From: Synechococcus sp.
GTDB taxonomy: Bacteria; Cyanobacteriota; Cyanobacteriia; Thermostichales; PCC-7336
Assembly (NCBI GenBank): GCA_051439605.1
Contig: JBFRWN010000013.1
Span: 1-64,000, forward strand
Reading direction: 5' to 3'
Length of the DNA: 64,000 bases
Part shown: in pieces, positions 19,414 to 30,009 of the stretch
Layout of the letters: each line of letters starts with the position of its first letter
How positions within the stretch are numbered: the first letter of the stretch is position 1
Notes under the pieces: model-generated
What the model was told of the DNA's origin: nothing
The model's database searches: none
What the model saw: only the letters and a program-made list of their open reading frames with translations
Made by a program: the position numbers and the translations under genes

Positions 19414-20520
19414 CTAAATCCTTGCGACGCGAGAACCGAGGAACGTTGCCGTCGCCACCAGACCGGCATAGATGCCCAAGCCCCCTCCGCCAATCAGCGT
19501 CAGGGCCAGGATGGGAGCGGCAATGGAAATGAACAGTGCGCCAATCAGGGGGTTGGAGCCGGGGGTGGTGACGATGATGTATCCGGCCAGACCGGAGACG
19601 ATGTTGAAGCCCACCTTGCCGAGGGCGATGCTGCCTATCGCCGTCACCCACAGGTAGAAGTAGCGAGAGACGGTGGGAATCATGGACAGCCCCAAGAAAA
19701 TCGGGCCGATGATGGCGGTCAGCAGCAGCGACATTTCCATCAGCCACTCGAAGGCCCCGGCCCAGGCGTAGAGAATGCCGACGATGGCCAGCGTGGAAGC
19801 GGGACGGACGATGGCCCCCAGGTCGCGGAAGAGCGCGTGCCAAAAGGCGGCACTGGCGTAGCGCAGGTCCATTGCGTTTTGAATGTTTAGGGCCAGCTGG
19901 TTGTAGAGGTTCTGGGCCCAGTTGAGCGCCCCCCGAAAGCCGTAGTAGGGGGACAGCAGGTCGTCCATCTGAATGCGTGCATCCTCCAGACAGATATTCC
20001 GCTGAGGACCGTCGCCGATAGCCGCGCAGGAGCGCAGTGCATCCGAGACGATCAGCTGCGCTTGCGATTTCAGCTGCGCCTGCACCACCACGTCATCGCC
20101 GTTGGGAAAGGCCAGGTCGATCGACAGGGCATCCAGAATGCGAGTGCTGGCACTGTTGATGGCGGAGCGGGCCTGCAGGGTATACCCGGCTAGGTTGGGC
20201 ACCCCTGTCGGAGAGGCCAGCAGGAGGGTGAGAATGACGGCCCACACCAGATCGGGTAAGTAGCGCTGGCTGTAACCGAAATGGCCTTCGCTAGTCTCCA
20301 GCACCACCACCTTGATGACGTTCCAGCCCACGAACAGCAGGGCCAGGGCGATCGCCATATCCGCCAGGGCATCGTAGAGACTGCCCGAAAGCACGGTTTC
20401 CCACAGAGTATTGAAGGACTCCCGCACGGCCCCGACGGTGTTGCGGGTATTGCTGACCAACTGTTCGGCCCGCTGCGCTTGGGCAAACAGAATGGGTTGC
20501 TGCCAGAGGAGGTCAATCAT
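19414..20520 (-). CDS. VirB6-like polytopic membrane protein
   Basis: Multiple TM helices, IIGPIFLGLSMIP motif, Gly-rich C-terminal segment. Confidence 0.7.
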   Translation of the reverse strand: MIDLLWQQPILFAQAQRAEQLVSNTRNTVGAVRESFNTLWETVLSGSLYDALADMAIALALLFVGWNVIKVVVLETSEGHFGYSQRYLPDLVWAVILTLLLASPTGVPNLAGYTLQARSAINSASTRILDALSIDLAFPNGDDVVVQAQLKSQAQLIVSDALRSCAAIGDGPQRNICLEDARIQMDDLLSPYYGFRGALNWAQNLYNQLALNIQNAMDLRYASAAFWHALFRDLGAIVRPASTLAIVGILYAWAGAFEWLMEMSLLLTAIIGPIFLGLSMIPTVSRYFYLWVTAIGSIALGKVGFNIVSGLAGYIIVTTPGSNPLIGALFISIAAPILALTLIGGGGLGIYAGLVATATFLGSRVARI

Positions 20521-21451
20521 TGTTCGTCTCCCTGGCAAAACCGATATTGGCGCTCAGCTCCACCAACCCCACTGCATCGGCTCGCATCTCCACGTGGGGC
20601 AGCAGGCGCTCGTAATTGTTGGCCCGCTCGTTCGACAGCAACAGGTTCCCCTGAATGGCCCGGTCGAATCGGGCTTCCAGTGCCAGCCGTTCCAAGTTGG
20701 TTTGGGTCTTGAATAGGGTGGCGGTGGTGTAGAACTGCCCTTCGTTGAGCAGGTGCAGCTGGTTGGTCATCAGCTGCAAAATCTCCGTCTCCACTTGGGC
20801 TTGACGACCCAAGACAGGTAGGGCCGAGGCCATGTCCTTGAGCACATCCTGCGTCGCCGTTTGCTGACGGGCGCTGCTGGCCCAGTCCTCTAGTTCCTGC
20901 ACCGGCCCGAGGGTGTCGTAGTTCAAGGCTCTGTCAGAGAGTTCGAATGTGCCGTCAGTCGTCGTCAGCGCCTTTTGCAGGGAGTCCCACAGGTAGTCCA
21001 GGTGTTCCTGCTGCTCGACGGACAGCTGCTCCTGCGCCTCCAGCGACAAGGGTTGGTCGATCGCCTCCTCCAGCACCGCGTGCAGGATGCTCTCGCCACC
21101 TACCGCAGCCATGAGCGCGGGATTGCTGCTCAAGTCTTCGGGGGCGATCTCGTTCCGCACCCCCTCTTGCAGCAGCTCCCGTGTCATCGACACGTCGGGC
21201 AGGCCGTACACTCCGACCGCCTCTTCAACTCCGGCGGATGGGGAATTGTCTCCACCAAAAAAGTCGTCGTAGACATCCCGCGAGGCATCCACCACATCCC
21301 GCACCACTTCGCCCCCCAACTCCTGGATCGCTTCCAAGACAGCAGAGAGAACGGTGCGGGCATCGTCGTTGGATTGGGCGCTAGCCCGCAGGGGAGTCAG
21401 CAGGCAAGCGGCGATCGCCAGCGGCAGTAACGGTTTCCAGGTGAAATTCAC
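20513..21451 (-). CDS. Exported helical T4SS protein (VirB5-like by position)
   Basis: Signal peptide, helical/coiled-coil composition, between VirB4 and VirB6-like genes. Confidence 0.6.
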   Translation of the reverse strand: MNFTWKPLLPLAIAACLLTPLRASAQSNDDARTVLSAVLEAIQELGGEVVRDVVDASRDVYDDFFGGDNSPSAGVEEAVGVYGLPDVSMTRELLQEGVRNEIAPEDLSSNPALMAAVGGESILHAVLEEAIDQPLSLEAQEQLSVEQQEHLDYLWDSLQKALTTTDGTFELSDRALNYDTLGPVQELEDWASSARQQTATQDVLKDMASALPVLGRQAQVETEILQLMTNQLHLLNEGQFYTTATLFKTQTNLERLALEARFDRAIQGNLLLSNERANNYERLLPHVEMRADAVGLVELSANIGFARETNND

Positions 21452-24400
21452 GGTCCAGTTCTCCTTGAGTGGTGCCCTGAATGGAGGCGGTCAGGTAGCG
21501 GGCGAATTCCGCCAAGGCGCGATAGGTGTTATCGGGGTGGCGAGCCAGAAACTCCGCTCGCAATTGCGATTCCTTGGGGTTGTTGGCCAGCAGGGCCAGC
21601 AGTGCGTGGGCAATGTAGAAGCGGCATTGCAGCAATTGGCCGTCGTAGTCCAGCAGCCAGCGGCGATAGAGCTGCCCTTTGGGGTTAAAGCTGGGGTTGG
21701 CGTTGGGGGAGATGGCTTCGGCGGGATAGCGTAAAATCTCTCGGTAGCTGTCGATCGCCTGGGCGGTAATCTTGCCGGTCAGCCGCACGGACAGGTTTTG
21801 GTAAATCTGGGAGCTGACGTCGGTGCTGGCAATGGTGTCGGGATCTTGAGCGGCCAGGATGACGCGGATGCCTGCCTTGCGTCCGTTGGCCGTCAGGCGG
21901 GCGACGGATTTGGGAATGGCGGGGAACTGAAACAGGATGGGGGATTCGTCGATGAACCAGATGGAGTTGGGGTGGGAGAGGGAAGCTCTTAACGCCGAGG
22001 AATAGGCGCTCAAGGCTAGGACGGCGGCATCCACCGAGTCGTCGACGTTTGTCAGGGCGTAGACCGTTAGGCCGGTGTCGGTGCGCAGGGTGCTGGGGCG
22101 GGAAATGGCCCTGCCCAGTGTGGAGCTGAGACAGGAGCGCAGCTTTAGGTCGATCAGGGAGAGAGCCGATCGCGTACCGCCATCGATTTCTGCTAGCTGC
22201 AGTTTGTCGATGGAGAAAAACGGCAGCAAGTCCAGCAGAGTGGGCATGGTCTCCCACTCGGGACTGCCCAAACCGTTCTGGTGAGCTTGGCGAGCCCGAT
22301 CGCGCATCTCCCCGTCCTCGTAATAGGCCGTCAGCCCCAGCTGGAAGATGGCGCGACAGCGAACGGCCAGCAGCGCGTCGGTGGAGCGATCGCACACCAA
22401 TGTCATCAGAATGTTGACAATCAAGTCGTGATAGAGGGTGACTTTCTCCTCGATTGCTGACGGTGCCAGATCGGAAAACTGCTCCAAATCGAGGGGTTCG
22501 CAGAAGTTGATGGCTTCGCGCGCAATATCAAAGTAAGAACCGCCCAAGAAGCGGGCGAAGTCCCCAAACGTGGACTCGCCATCGCTGCGGGGATAGTCCA
22601 TCACGAAGATGGGGAAGCGGTGAGCTCTGGCCAGGGTGAGAATGCTGCCCACCAGCAACGATTTACCGGTGCCGGTGAATCCCAGCACGAGCAGGTGTTT
22701 GTGTTGGTCGAACAGGTCGACGTAAACGGGGGTGCCACCTTCTTCGGCAACCAATTCCAGCCCCTGACGGTCGGGGGTACTCGGTAACGACAACGGCAAT
22801 AGCCCCGGTACTTCTTCGCTGGTGTAGACCAGTCTTCGGTTGAAGGGCTTGAACAGCAGCTTGCTCCAGACGCAGGGCAGCGTTTGCCGCCACACTTCTG
22901 GGAAATAGACTTCTTCGCGAATGGCCTCGGCAGGTTTGGGAAACAGTTGAGTTAGCTTGCGACAGGTGCGATCGAGTTGTGACAGGGTGGGCCGTTCGAC
23001 GATGTAGACCACCGCTACGTGCAGGGGAATCTCCCCCTCGATCAGGCGGCGTTGGGCTTCTTCCGCCTGCTCTGCTTTCACATCAGCTCGGACATCTTTG
23101 CGATCTTTTTTGCGGGCGTAGGTGGCCAATTGGTTGGAATGGCGCAGCTGCTCTTGGGTGGAGGTGACGATCAGTTGGGGGTTGGCGGGGGTGAGCTGGC
23201 AAAACAGCTCGATGTCGTGCAGGTCGTCCCGCAGAATCAGCTGCGACCCTGCCTTGAGTTGGTCCAATCGCTTCCAACCGGCGGGCTTGGCGGTCTGAAT
23301 TACTCCGCCTTTGTAGACATCGCGACCGTCTCGGGTCAGTTTGACGTAGGCCCGATCGGCAAAGGGAATCCCTCGTGCCAGCAGAGCGGTTAGGGGATGG
23401 GTGGGGTCGAGGGGATCGGCGTCCACCAGGCGCAGCCGATCTCCACCGGCCACCTCTTCCAGCACCAACAGTTGCGGCAGCGGGGGCGGATCGCTCAGGC
23501 AAAATTGCTGGCAGAGATGCTGCCACAGCAGGTCTTCGTCCGAGGCAGCAACGTTGAGACCCAGCTTGCTTTTGAGCAAGTTCTCCCACATCTGCAGCCC
23601 TTCTTCGAAGGCTTCCGTCAGGGCTACCGACAGGTGGATTGCCCGCGCCCGATCGATTTGAGAAGAACGTTGCTTCCAGCAACTGTCCAGACCTCGCAAC
23701 AGGTTGTCGGTCCAGTTGTCCGACCGGCGAGCCCCGTCGGGTTGCACGGTGTATGTGGCGTACAGCCGCAAGAACTTGGGTTTGCGCTGTCCGGAGGTGG
23801 CGATCTGCTGGACAGTGGCTTTCTCGGAGGTGAGGAGAAAGGCAATCTGCGGATCGGCTTCGGCAAGGAGTCGATCCAGCTCTTGAATGCGATCTCGATA
23901 TTCCGAGAAGGACCCCAAGTGGAAGGACAGGCTTTCTCCGGCTGGAATGTCCTTCAGGCCAGTAGCGAGTTTTTCTAGATATAGTTCGATTTCGCTGTCT
24001 CTCAGCAGGCTGGGTACCCCCAGACAGTCAAACTCGAAAACAATTTGGTATCCGGCTTTGCCCTTGTTGAGCACGTAGGCCCCCACTCGGCGATCCTGTA
24101 GTCTCAAGCTGGCAACGTAGAGCAGATCGACTGCATCTTGGAAGGCTTTGAGCTGAGTGGTTTGCTTGCTTGATGGATTCTTACGAGCAACCTTCTTTCC
24201 GAGCTTCAGCTTGATGGGCTGTTGCAACGAAGCGGGCAGGTTTCCGGCGTGGGTCCACTTGGGCAGGTGGTAGAACGCGTAGCCCCAGAATTTCCAGGGT
24301 TGCTTCCCCGTGATCAACCAGTGCCAGGCAGCTCCAGTTAGTGAAAAAAGGACAAATAATTCCCAGGAACTGAGCAGCATGCGAAAGAGGAATAAATTAG

Positions 24401-24515
24401 CGGTGCCAATAATTCCCCAAGGCAGAAGCAGGTCTCCCGAAATGGGACCAAGGCTGGGACGATAGCCGAGCAGCGGATTGACTTTGACGTATTTTTGAGT
24501 CTCGGAAGTTGTCAT
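21381..24515 (-). CDS. virB4: VirB4-family ATPase with N-terminal membrane (VirB3-like) segment
   Basis: 1044 aa; two N-terminal hydrophobic helices; Walker A GFTGTGKS; Walker B FIDESP; ANGRKAGIRVILAAQ. Confidence 0.85.
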   Translation of the reverse strand: MTTSETQKYVKVNPLLGYRPSLGPISGDLLLPWGIIGTANLFLFRMLLSSWELFVLFSLTGAAWHWLITGKQPWKFWGYAFYHLPKWTHAGNLPASLQQPIKLKLGKKVARKNPSSKQTTQLKAFQDAVDLLYVASLRLQDRRVGAYVLNKGKAGYQIVFEFDCLGVPSLLRDSEIELYLEKLATGLKDIPAGESLSFHLGSFSEYRDRIQELDRLLAEADPQIAFLLTSEKATVQQIATSGQRKPKFLRLYATYTVQPDGARRSDNWTDNLLRGLDSCWKQRSSQIDRARAIHLSVALTEAFEEGLQMWENLLKSKLGLNVAASDEDLLWQHLCQQFCLSDPPPLPQLLVLEEVAGGDRLRLVDADPLDPTHPLTALLARGIPFADRAYVKLTRDGRDVYKGGVIQTAKPAGWKRLDQLKAGSQLILRDDLHDIELFCQLTPANPQLIVTSTQEQLRHSNQLATYARKKDRKDVRADVKAEQAEEAQRRLIEGEIPLHVAVVYIVERPTLSQLDRTCRKLTQLFPKPAEAIREEVYFPEVWRQTLPCVWSKLLFKPFNRRLVYTSEEVPGLLPLSLPSTPDRQGLELVAEEGGTPVYVDLFDQHKHLLVLGFTGTGKSLLVGSILTLARAHRFPIFVMDYPRSDGESTFGDFARFLGGSYFDIAREAINFCEPLDLEQFSDLAPSAIEEKVTLYHDLIVNILMTLVCDRSTDALLAVRCRAIFQLGLTAYYEDGEMRDRARQAHQNGLGSPEWETMPTLLDLLPFFSIDKLQLAEIDGGTRSALSLIDLKLRSCLSSTLGRAISRPSTLRTDTGLTVYALTNVDDSVDAAVLALSAYSSALRASLSHPNSIWFIDESPILFQFPAIPKSVARLTANGRKAGIRVILAAQDPDTIASTDVSSQIYQNLSVRLTGKITAQAIDSYREILRYPAEAISPNANPSFNPKGQLYRRWLLDYDGQLLQCRFYIAHALLALLANNPKESQLRAEFLARHPDNTYRALAEFARYLTASIQGTTQGELDREFHLETVTAAGDRRLPADSPAG

Positions 24516-24585
24516 TCTCTTCCTTCCAAATCCATCAGAAGAATTTTCATAATTCTTAGATTTTTGAGAGAAATTATCTAGAGAC

Positions 24586-25110
24586 TTAAGTAACGATAAA
24601 CTCTGTCAAAAAGTCAGCGATCGCAATTGCCCCAACAATAAATACTGGGTATCGAACAAAGGTCTGCCAATCTTCATCGCGATTGACCGCAAGAGCAATT
24701 CGGACCACAAAGTATCCCAAGACAATCACAACAATTGCTCGCAGAATGCCGAAGAATATATTGACCAATTCTTCCGAACCGTCGAAGAATTCCAAACCGT
24801 TGACGTAATCCTGAGCGGCAGACAGGAAGAGGGCGTAAGCAGGCTCCGTTAGGTGCAATCCCCAATACAGGGCAATGGTGATGAGGAACCATCCGGCAAA
24901 GCGACCGGGACCGCCAAACATTTTCGACGGGCGGGGAAAGCAGCTCTCTATGAGAGGATTGAGGACCTTTCCCAATCCGTGTTGGTAGGCTTGTCCGAAT
25001 GCTTTGATTTCCGTCAAAATCCAGATCGCCAAAGGGGAAAAATGTCGTTCTTTGGATACGCGATCGTGAGGGTTTGTGCTGGCGACTGCCAGCCGAGAAT
25101 TATTCCGCAT
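24586..25110 (-). CDS. Small membrane protein heading the T4SS operon (VirB2/pilin-like); start uncertain
   Basis: Signal-like segment ending EPAYA followed by two TM helices; first gene before virB4. Confidence 0.55.
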   Translation of the reverse strand: MRNNSRLAVASTNPHDRVSKERHFSPLAIWILTEIKAFGQAYQHGLGKVLNPLIESCFPRPSKMFGGPGRFAGWFLITIALYWGLHLTEPAYALFLSAAQDYVNGLEFFDGSEELVNIFFGILRAIVVIVLGYFVVRIALAVNRDEDWQTFVRYPVFIVGAIAIADFLTEFIVT

Positions 25111-25300
25111 GACTCAATCCTCTTGCGCAATGAATTTGCGTATATTTGTGCAATATCGGTCGCGGTCGCGAATCACAAGACTGTTTTAGCGCGTTTTACA
25201 AATTTCAGAGATTAACAGAATATAAACCGTTAACTTTCACTTCAGATTTATTTGGGATGAATCATTTCAAAATGATGTCGGATGCCTATTTTTTCTTTGA

Positions 25301-26014
25301 TTGGGTATTTCCCCGGAAGGATTCGCTCTCCTTGAAGATCGAGTGCTGGACGAGTCAATCGACCTTCGAGGAGAGCAAGGAGGTGAGCGAATGCGACGGA
25401 CATTGGCCGCGATTCACGAAGCCACGATCTCCTACGTGGCCGTGGGCAGCCGCAAACCTTGGCTCGCTGTTGGTGTGACGACGCTAACCGCTCTGTTTGC
25501 CGCCAGTACGGTGCTGACGCGGAATTTCGATTTCACAACGGTGACGGCGAATGCGTTTGCGGTGTCTTGGTCTTGTGCGGAATGGACGAAGCGCAGGCGG
25601 CTACTGGCATCCGGGACTGACGAACTGATTGGGAGGACATCGATGGTTGCAACCCTGACCGAGACGGACAAGCAGACGTTTCTGCAAATTGCGGCGGCTA
25701 TTGCTGAGGCGGATAGTGTCGAGCCCTATCCCGAAGATTTTGTACCCTCCAGCATCGATTTATATTGCGACGGGTCGATTGAACCGGTGATTTCGGTAGT
25801 GAACGGCGAGGTGGTGCAAACCACTTGGGTGCAGCCGGACTACTTGCCGGTGGCGTTGGAGCTGCATTTGGATAGCGAGATTGCTCTGGCGGTAATTGGC
25901 AAGCGGGTGATTCTCAATCGCTTGGTGAATTTGACGGGGATGAGCGGATGGCCGCTCGATCACAATTTGACGGCGTTAGTGAATTCTTGGATAGGAGACG
26001 GAATCGATGACTGA
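25301..26014 (+). CDS. Hypothetical protein, divergent from T4SS operon
   Basis: 237-aa ORF overlapping next start; start codon uncertain. Confidence 0.6.
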   Translation: MGISPEGFALLEDRVLDESIDLRGEQGGERMRRTLAAIHEATISYVAVGSRKPWLAVGVTTLTALFAASTVLTRNFDFTTVTANAFAVSWSCAEWTKRRRLLASGTDELIGRTSMVATLTETDKQTFLQIAAAIAEADSVEPYPEDFVPSSIDLYCDGSIEPVISVVNGEVVQTTWVQPDYLPVALELHLDSEIALAVIGKRVILNRLVNLTGMSGWPLDHNLTALVNSWIGDGIDD

Positions 26015-27290
26015 GGGAATTGATAAGGCCGGAGCCGATCGCGCGGCTCAGGCTTCGGCGGAAGTTCAGTCGGAGATAGCGCGCGCGATCGCGTTGGCGA
26101 TTGCTACGGCGATCGCTCAACTGAAACGGACTGGGGAGGCACAATCCGTTCAGGACAGTTTGACTGTGGAAGGGGAGGAGCGGCTGCTGACGGTCAAAAT
26201 TAAGGTGGGCGGACGTAATGTATTTGTGGGGCGACCTGGGGAAGATCCTCAGAAAAACCTGGTGTCTGAGGACATCCTCGAAAAGATTCGAATGGCGATT
26301 GATCGTCCTGAAGATTACAAGGGAATTTTCTCCATTCAGGTGGGAGGAGAGGTGATTTATCGGGTGCAGAATGGTGAGGTGAAGCTGCAGGCGGTCGGTC
26401 AGGAAGTGTTGCAGCAAGCTGTGGCTGCTGCGTTCGAAGAGATCGATCGCGGTCGAACGGGTGAGCTGGATGCTGCAGAGAAACTGCAGGTCGAGAAGGA
26501 TGGAGTCAACGAGGTTTCTGTTGAGGGGTCGGAGTTACAGGAAGAGGTCACTCCCTCCCAAACTGCCGAAGAGATTAGCCAGTCTCTCCAGCGGGAATTG
26601 GTGGACTTGCGACAGCGGATGCAGACCTACGAAGAACGGCTGAACGAGCTGGAGGAGTTGGTCGGTAGCGGTCAGTTGGTTCCGGTTTCCGAGGCGGCTT
26701 CTCAAGCTCTGGCCAGAGTTGATAGATCGGAGGATGTTGTTCCGGCTAGCGAGCTAATGAATGGCGTGACGAGAATCGCCAAGGATGCCGTGCGGTTGGC
26801 TGGAACGCAGGTGAAAGTGAAACGAGAGCAGTTGGTCGAACGGTTTGCTCGCAATGTAGTGCAGCCGATGAAGCTTGCCGAGGGGGCTGCAAAGACGAAG
26901 CTGGCTTCGATGGCTCTGAATGCTGTGGGGCATCGGGCTTTTGCGAGAGCGGCTACGGCGGATGTGTTGCAGAAGGCTGCTTTGATCACCCATGTGCAGG
27001 GGGAGAGTCAAAGTGGGGCTAGGGTTTGGACTGGCGAGCAATACGAAGTACGGTATGGCCAATCGAGTTTGGTGGTGAAAGACCGAGAGGGCGATCGGGG
27101 AGAGATTTTGGTAACTGAAGGGCGATCGGTTAAGCGGAACAGCCTGCAATTACGGGATCTTGCCTTGATTGGGGAGGCGGCGATTGGGGCTGCGCAGGTA
27201 TTGGCGGCTGCGCAGAGAGCACATGCGGTTGTTAAAGGCGATCGAGAACAACCCGAACGACAAAATTTGTTGCCAGCAAGCGGTCGATAG
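26007..27290 (+). CDS. Hypothetical coiled-coil protein
   Basis: 427-aa ORF with central heptad-like segment. Confidence 0.75.
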   Translation: MTEGIDKAGADRAAQASAEVQSEIARAIALAIATAIAQLKRTGEAQSVQDSLTVEGEERLLTVKIKVGGRNVFVGRPGEDPQKNLVSEDILEKIRMAIDRPEDYKGIFSIQVGGEVIYRVQNGEVKLQAVGQEVLQQAVAAAFEEIDRGRTGELDAAEKLQVEKDGVNEVSVEGSELQEEVTPSQTAEEISQSLQRELVDLRQRMQTYEERLNELEELVGSGQLVPVSEAASQALARVDRSEDVVPASELMNGVTRIAKDAVRLAGTQVKVKREQLVERFARNVVQPMKLAEGAAKTKLASMALNAVGHRAFARAATADVLQKAALITHVQGESQSGARVWTGEQYEVRYGQSSLVVKDREGDRGEILVTEGRSVKRNSLQLRDLALIGEAAIGAAQVLAAAQRAHAVVKGDREQPERQNLLPASGR

Positions 27291-27322
27291 AAGGAATGTT
27301 GTTGAGAGAAGTGAGTTTTAAA

Positions 27323-27354
27323 GTTTGCTCTGAATTTTGTTTGCTCTGAATTTT
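27323..27354. repeat. 16-bp tandem duplication GTTTGCTCTGAATTTT x2
   Basis: Read directly in the sequence. Confidence 0.8.
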
Positions 27355-27877
27355 GGGTCATGCCTCAGAGAAACGTTGGATTTGTAATAAGATTCTGTCA
27401 AGACCAATTTGTGCAGCACCTTAGGAATTGTCGTAGCATCCGTTTGAAAGAGCCTGTTAGACTTCATGGTTGCTGCGCTCCACTCTGCTCAAAAAAACGC
27501 TGCAAACTTATTCAAATGTGCTTGCAGTGACTTTTTTTGATCGCAGCATCCTAAGTGAAAGACAACACCAATAGCATCTACTGCTAAAGCGTAGACCATG
27601 AACCCCAGAAAAAAATGCACTCTCTGGGCCCACTACAGCAACAGACGAGAAAACAGTGGAAGCCAATGAATCTTGCGACTTAGACCAAAGTTTGAGGCGA
27701 AATGTATGTCTAACAGTATGCTGTTAACCATTGCGAAAGGAACTAAAAATTAGCACTATCGCCAACAAATGATTTACGATAACTCAATTAGTATTACCTG
27801 AGGATTTACAAAGCAATACTGAATGCACACACCTACAGTCATTTTTGACTAAATAAGCAATAAATTAATTGTTATCC

Positions 27878-28747
27878 CTAAAGGGGGTTACATATATTTC
27901 CTCTGGGCAACAAGCGATAGCGTTCATATTTCTGTCTCTCAACTGCGATTTTGTCAATAATTATATTTAGGAGCACACTTGAGCTGTCAACCTCTATCAA
28001 AAATCGATTTCCCCCATCCTCTTCAACTAACCTTGCTGCATGTATAAGCAATGAATAGATAAGATCTCTAGACAAGATCTCGTCATTATTCGTTTCAAAG
28101 ATTGACACCTCATAATCATTATTTTGGCAGTAGACAATAGCAATTCCAATTACCTTTTCCTGTATATAAAGGCCCAGTGTGCTAAGGACATCCGAAGATA
28201 AGAGAAATAGTTCTACATCTGCAGGACTAATTTTCGTCTCTCCCAACCATGAGTGTTTTCTTTCATATGTTTTTATAATAAAGTTCAGTATTTTATCATT
28301 GACACAAGTTATTTTCGAGGCAGAAAATCGATCATTGGAGCTGAAACTCTGTATGACTTCTATAGTTTTTAGCGAAAAATTGGTTACAGTTTGAATCCAT
28401 CTAAAGCATTGTTTCTTTAGAAAAAGAATTGCATCTGTATTACTAGCTAATACTATTGTATCTAAAGCAATTGCAGGGTAGCTATTACGGAGATAACTTA
28501 AAATGGCTTTCCCTACTCCTTTCCTACGCCATTGGCTATGTGTAGCCAAGAAAATTTTTACAACTCCGGGATGCAATGGACTAGTATGTGCTTCCCCATA
28601 ACCAACTAATGAAGAATTTCTTTCATCTGAAACATAAACTACATAGTCGGGCTCCAATCCTGTGAGGCCCGCTTGTCTATGCTCGGATCCTCCCAGAGGT
28701 GGAAGTACTTCTCCTGAGTCCCATTTGGAAGAAAAGTGCAAACGCAT
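27878..28747 (-). CDS. GNAT-family acetyltransferase, probably tandem GNAT
   Basis: Acetyl-CoA motif WRRKGVGKAIL, NTDAILFLKKQCF; AT-rich. Confidence 0.75.
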   Translation of the reverse strand: MRLHFSSKWDSGEVLPPLGGSEHRQAGLTGLEPDYVVYVSDERNSSLVGYGEAHTSPLHPGVVKIFLATHSQWRRKGVGKAILSYLRNSYPAIALDTIVLASNTDAILFLKKQCFRWIQTVTNFSLKTIEVIQSFSSNDRFSASKITCVNDKILNFIIKTYERKHSWLGETKISPADVELFLLSSDVLSTLGLYIQEKVIGIAIVYCQNNDYEVSIFETNNDEILSRDLIYSLLIHAARLVEEDGGNRFLIEVDSSSVLLNIIIDKIAVERQKYERYRLLPRGNICNPL

Positions 28748-28754
28748 TCTAAAC

Positions 28755-29984
28755 CTAATCTATGTACTGGCTTGCTCTAAAGCCCGGAGAAACAGGAACA
28801 CCATGTGAAATTAGATGAAACCTGTCCAATGCTGGAGCTAATGTTTGCGCAACGAAAAAACTAAATTTTTCTGATGAGTAAACAATACGAGAACCGATGC
28901 GAATGTTTTTAGAGGCCAATCGTTCAATCACTCTTGCCAACTGAACAGAGGTTTTTTCATTTGGCTTGCATACTTCCCGAGGAAATTGTACGCACTGCTT
29001 ACCACCCTTGTAGTTGAAATTACCTAGCTCTAGATACGCATTTAAATATCTTGGAAGGATTACACTTCCAAGTTGGATTGTAAGTGGTTTCAATCCTAGG
29101 ATAGACGTTAACCGATCTGAGTGATAAGATTGTATAGATTCTAAAATTGCTCTTTCAACTGCATACGAGCAACTCAATGAAGCGCCTGAGCCAAAGAATC
29201 TTTTTTTGTTGCCATTTAACTTTAATTCTACCAAGAAAACTGGTACTTCCAAGTCAGATGTGATGTCATAGATAGTCAGAACTGCGTCATTTTCAGATTC
29301 TGCTATATCGCTAAGTTGGATTAGAAACCTTGGCATACTGGTCTTGTCGACAATCCTGACAGGTTGTTGTGATCGACAAACTACCGTGCGCATTAATTCA
29401 ATACCTAACGCATCACGCTCAATCTGCTCAAGTATCCCATGAAGCAGAGCCTCATCGAGAGTAATTCCGGCAGCAGCACCTGAATTTGTAGAATATCTCT
29501 GTAAACCCAGCTTTGTTAGCCAGAAATTTTCAACCACTCCTCTTGGCTGATATTCTACGTCTGTCAAGAAGATAGGTAGCCAACTGCTTGAGTTTAATGT
29601 TCCCAAGAGCTTATATTCTGTCGACCAAAATTCGGGAGCAAACGAATTGTTCTTAAATCTCTCTAGCCTTAGTGCACCTTGAGCGAGTGTTAAATCATTA
29701 GAAAGCGAATAACAGACATTTTTCAGTTTTGGGGCATCTTGATAATAGAAGTAGTGCTCAAGTGCTTCACAGAGAGACGAAGTTTTAGATTGGATACCAA
29801 GACCTTTACCCCATCCCGAAGATACAAATCCTTTGGCGTCCTCAATACAACAATAATAAGTTTTTATAGTCTTACCAAAGCTTTCAAAACGAACTTTAGC
29901 CCCATAAGCTAAAATCAGCTCTTGAGCAATCTCTAAAGCTTCTCTCGTAACTACATCTCGTTCGCAATTGTAACTTGTTAACAA
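28755..29984 (-). CDS. YcaO-family protein
   Basis: GWGKG..SSLCEALEH, STNSGAAAG..EALLHGILEQIERDA, GSGASL..AVERAILESIQ, Pro-containing C-terminus. Confidence 0.88.
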   Translation of the reverse strand: MLTSYNCERDVVTREALEIAQELILAYGAKVRFESFGKTIKTYYCCIEDAKGFVSSGWGKGLGIQSKTSSLCEALEHYFYYQDAPKLKNVCYSLSNDLTLAQGALRLERFKNNSFAPEFWSTEYKLLGTLNSSSWLPIFLTDVEYQPRGVVENFWLTKLGLQRYSTNSGAAAGITLDEALLHGILEQIERDALGIELMRTVVCRSQQPVRIVDKTSMPRFLIQLSDIAESENDAVLTIYDITSDLEVPVFLVELKLNGNKKRFFGSGASLSCSYAVERAILESIQSYHSDRLTSILGLKPLTIQLGSVILPRYLNAYLELGNFNYKGGKQCVQFPREVCKPNEKTSVQLARVIERLASKNIRIGSRIVYSSEKFSFFVAQTLAPALDRFHLISHGVPVSPGFRASQYID

Positions 29985-30009
29985 CTCTTCCCTTGCTATG
30001 CCACTACTG

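Noticed and set aside
27454..27716. Possible MITE bounded by CTGTTAGAC / GTCTAACAG
   Set aside because: Only a 9-bp inverted repeat with no clear target duplication; may be an IS scar but is unsupported
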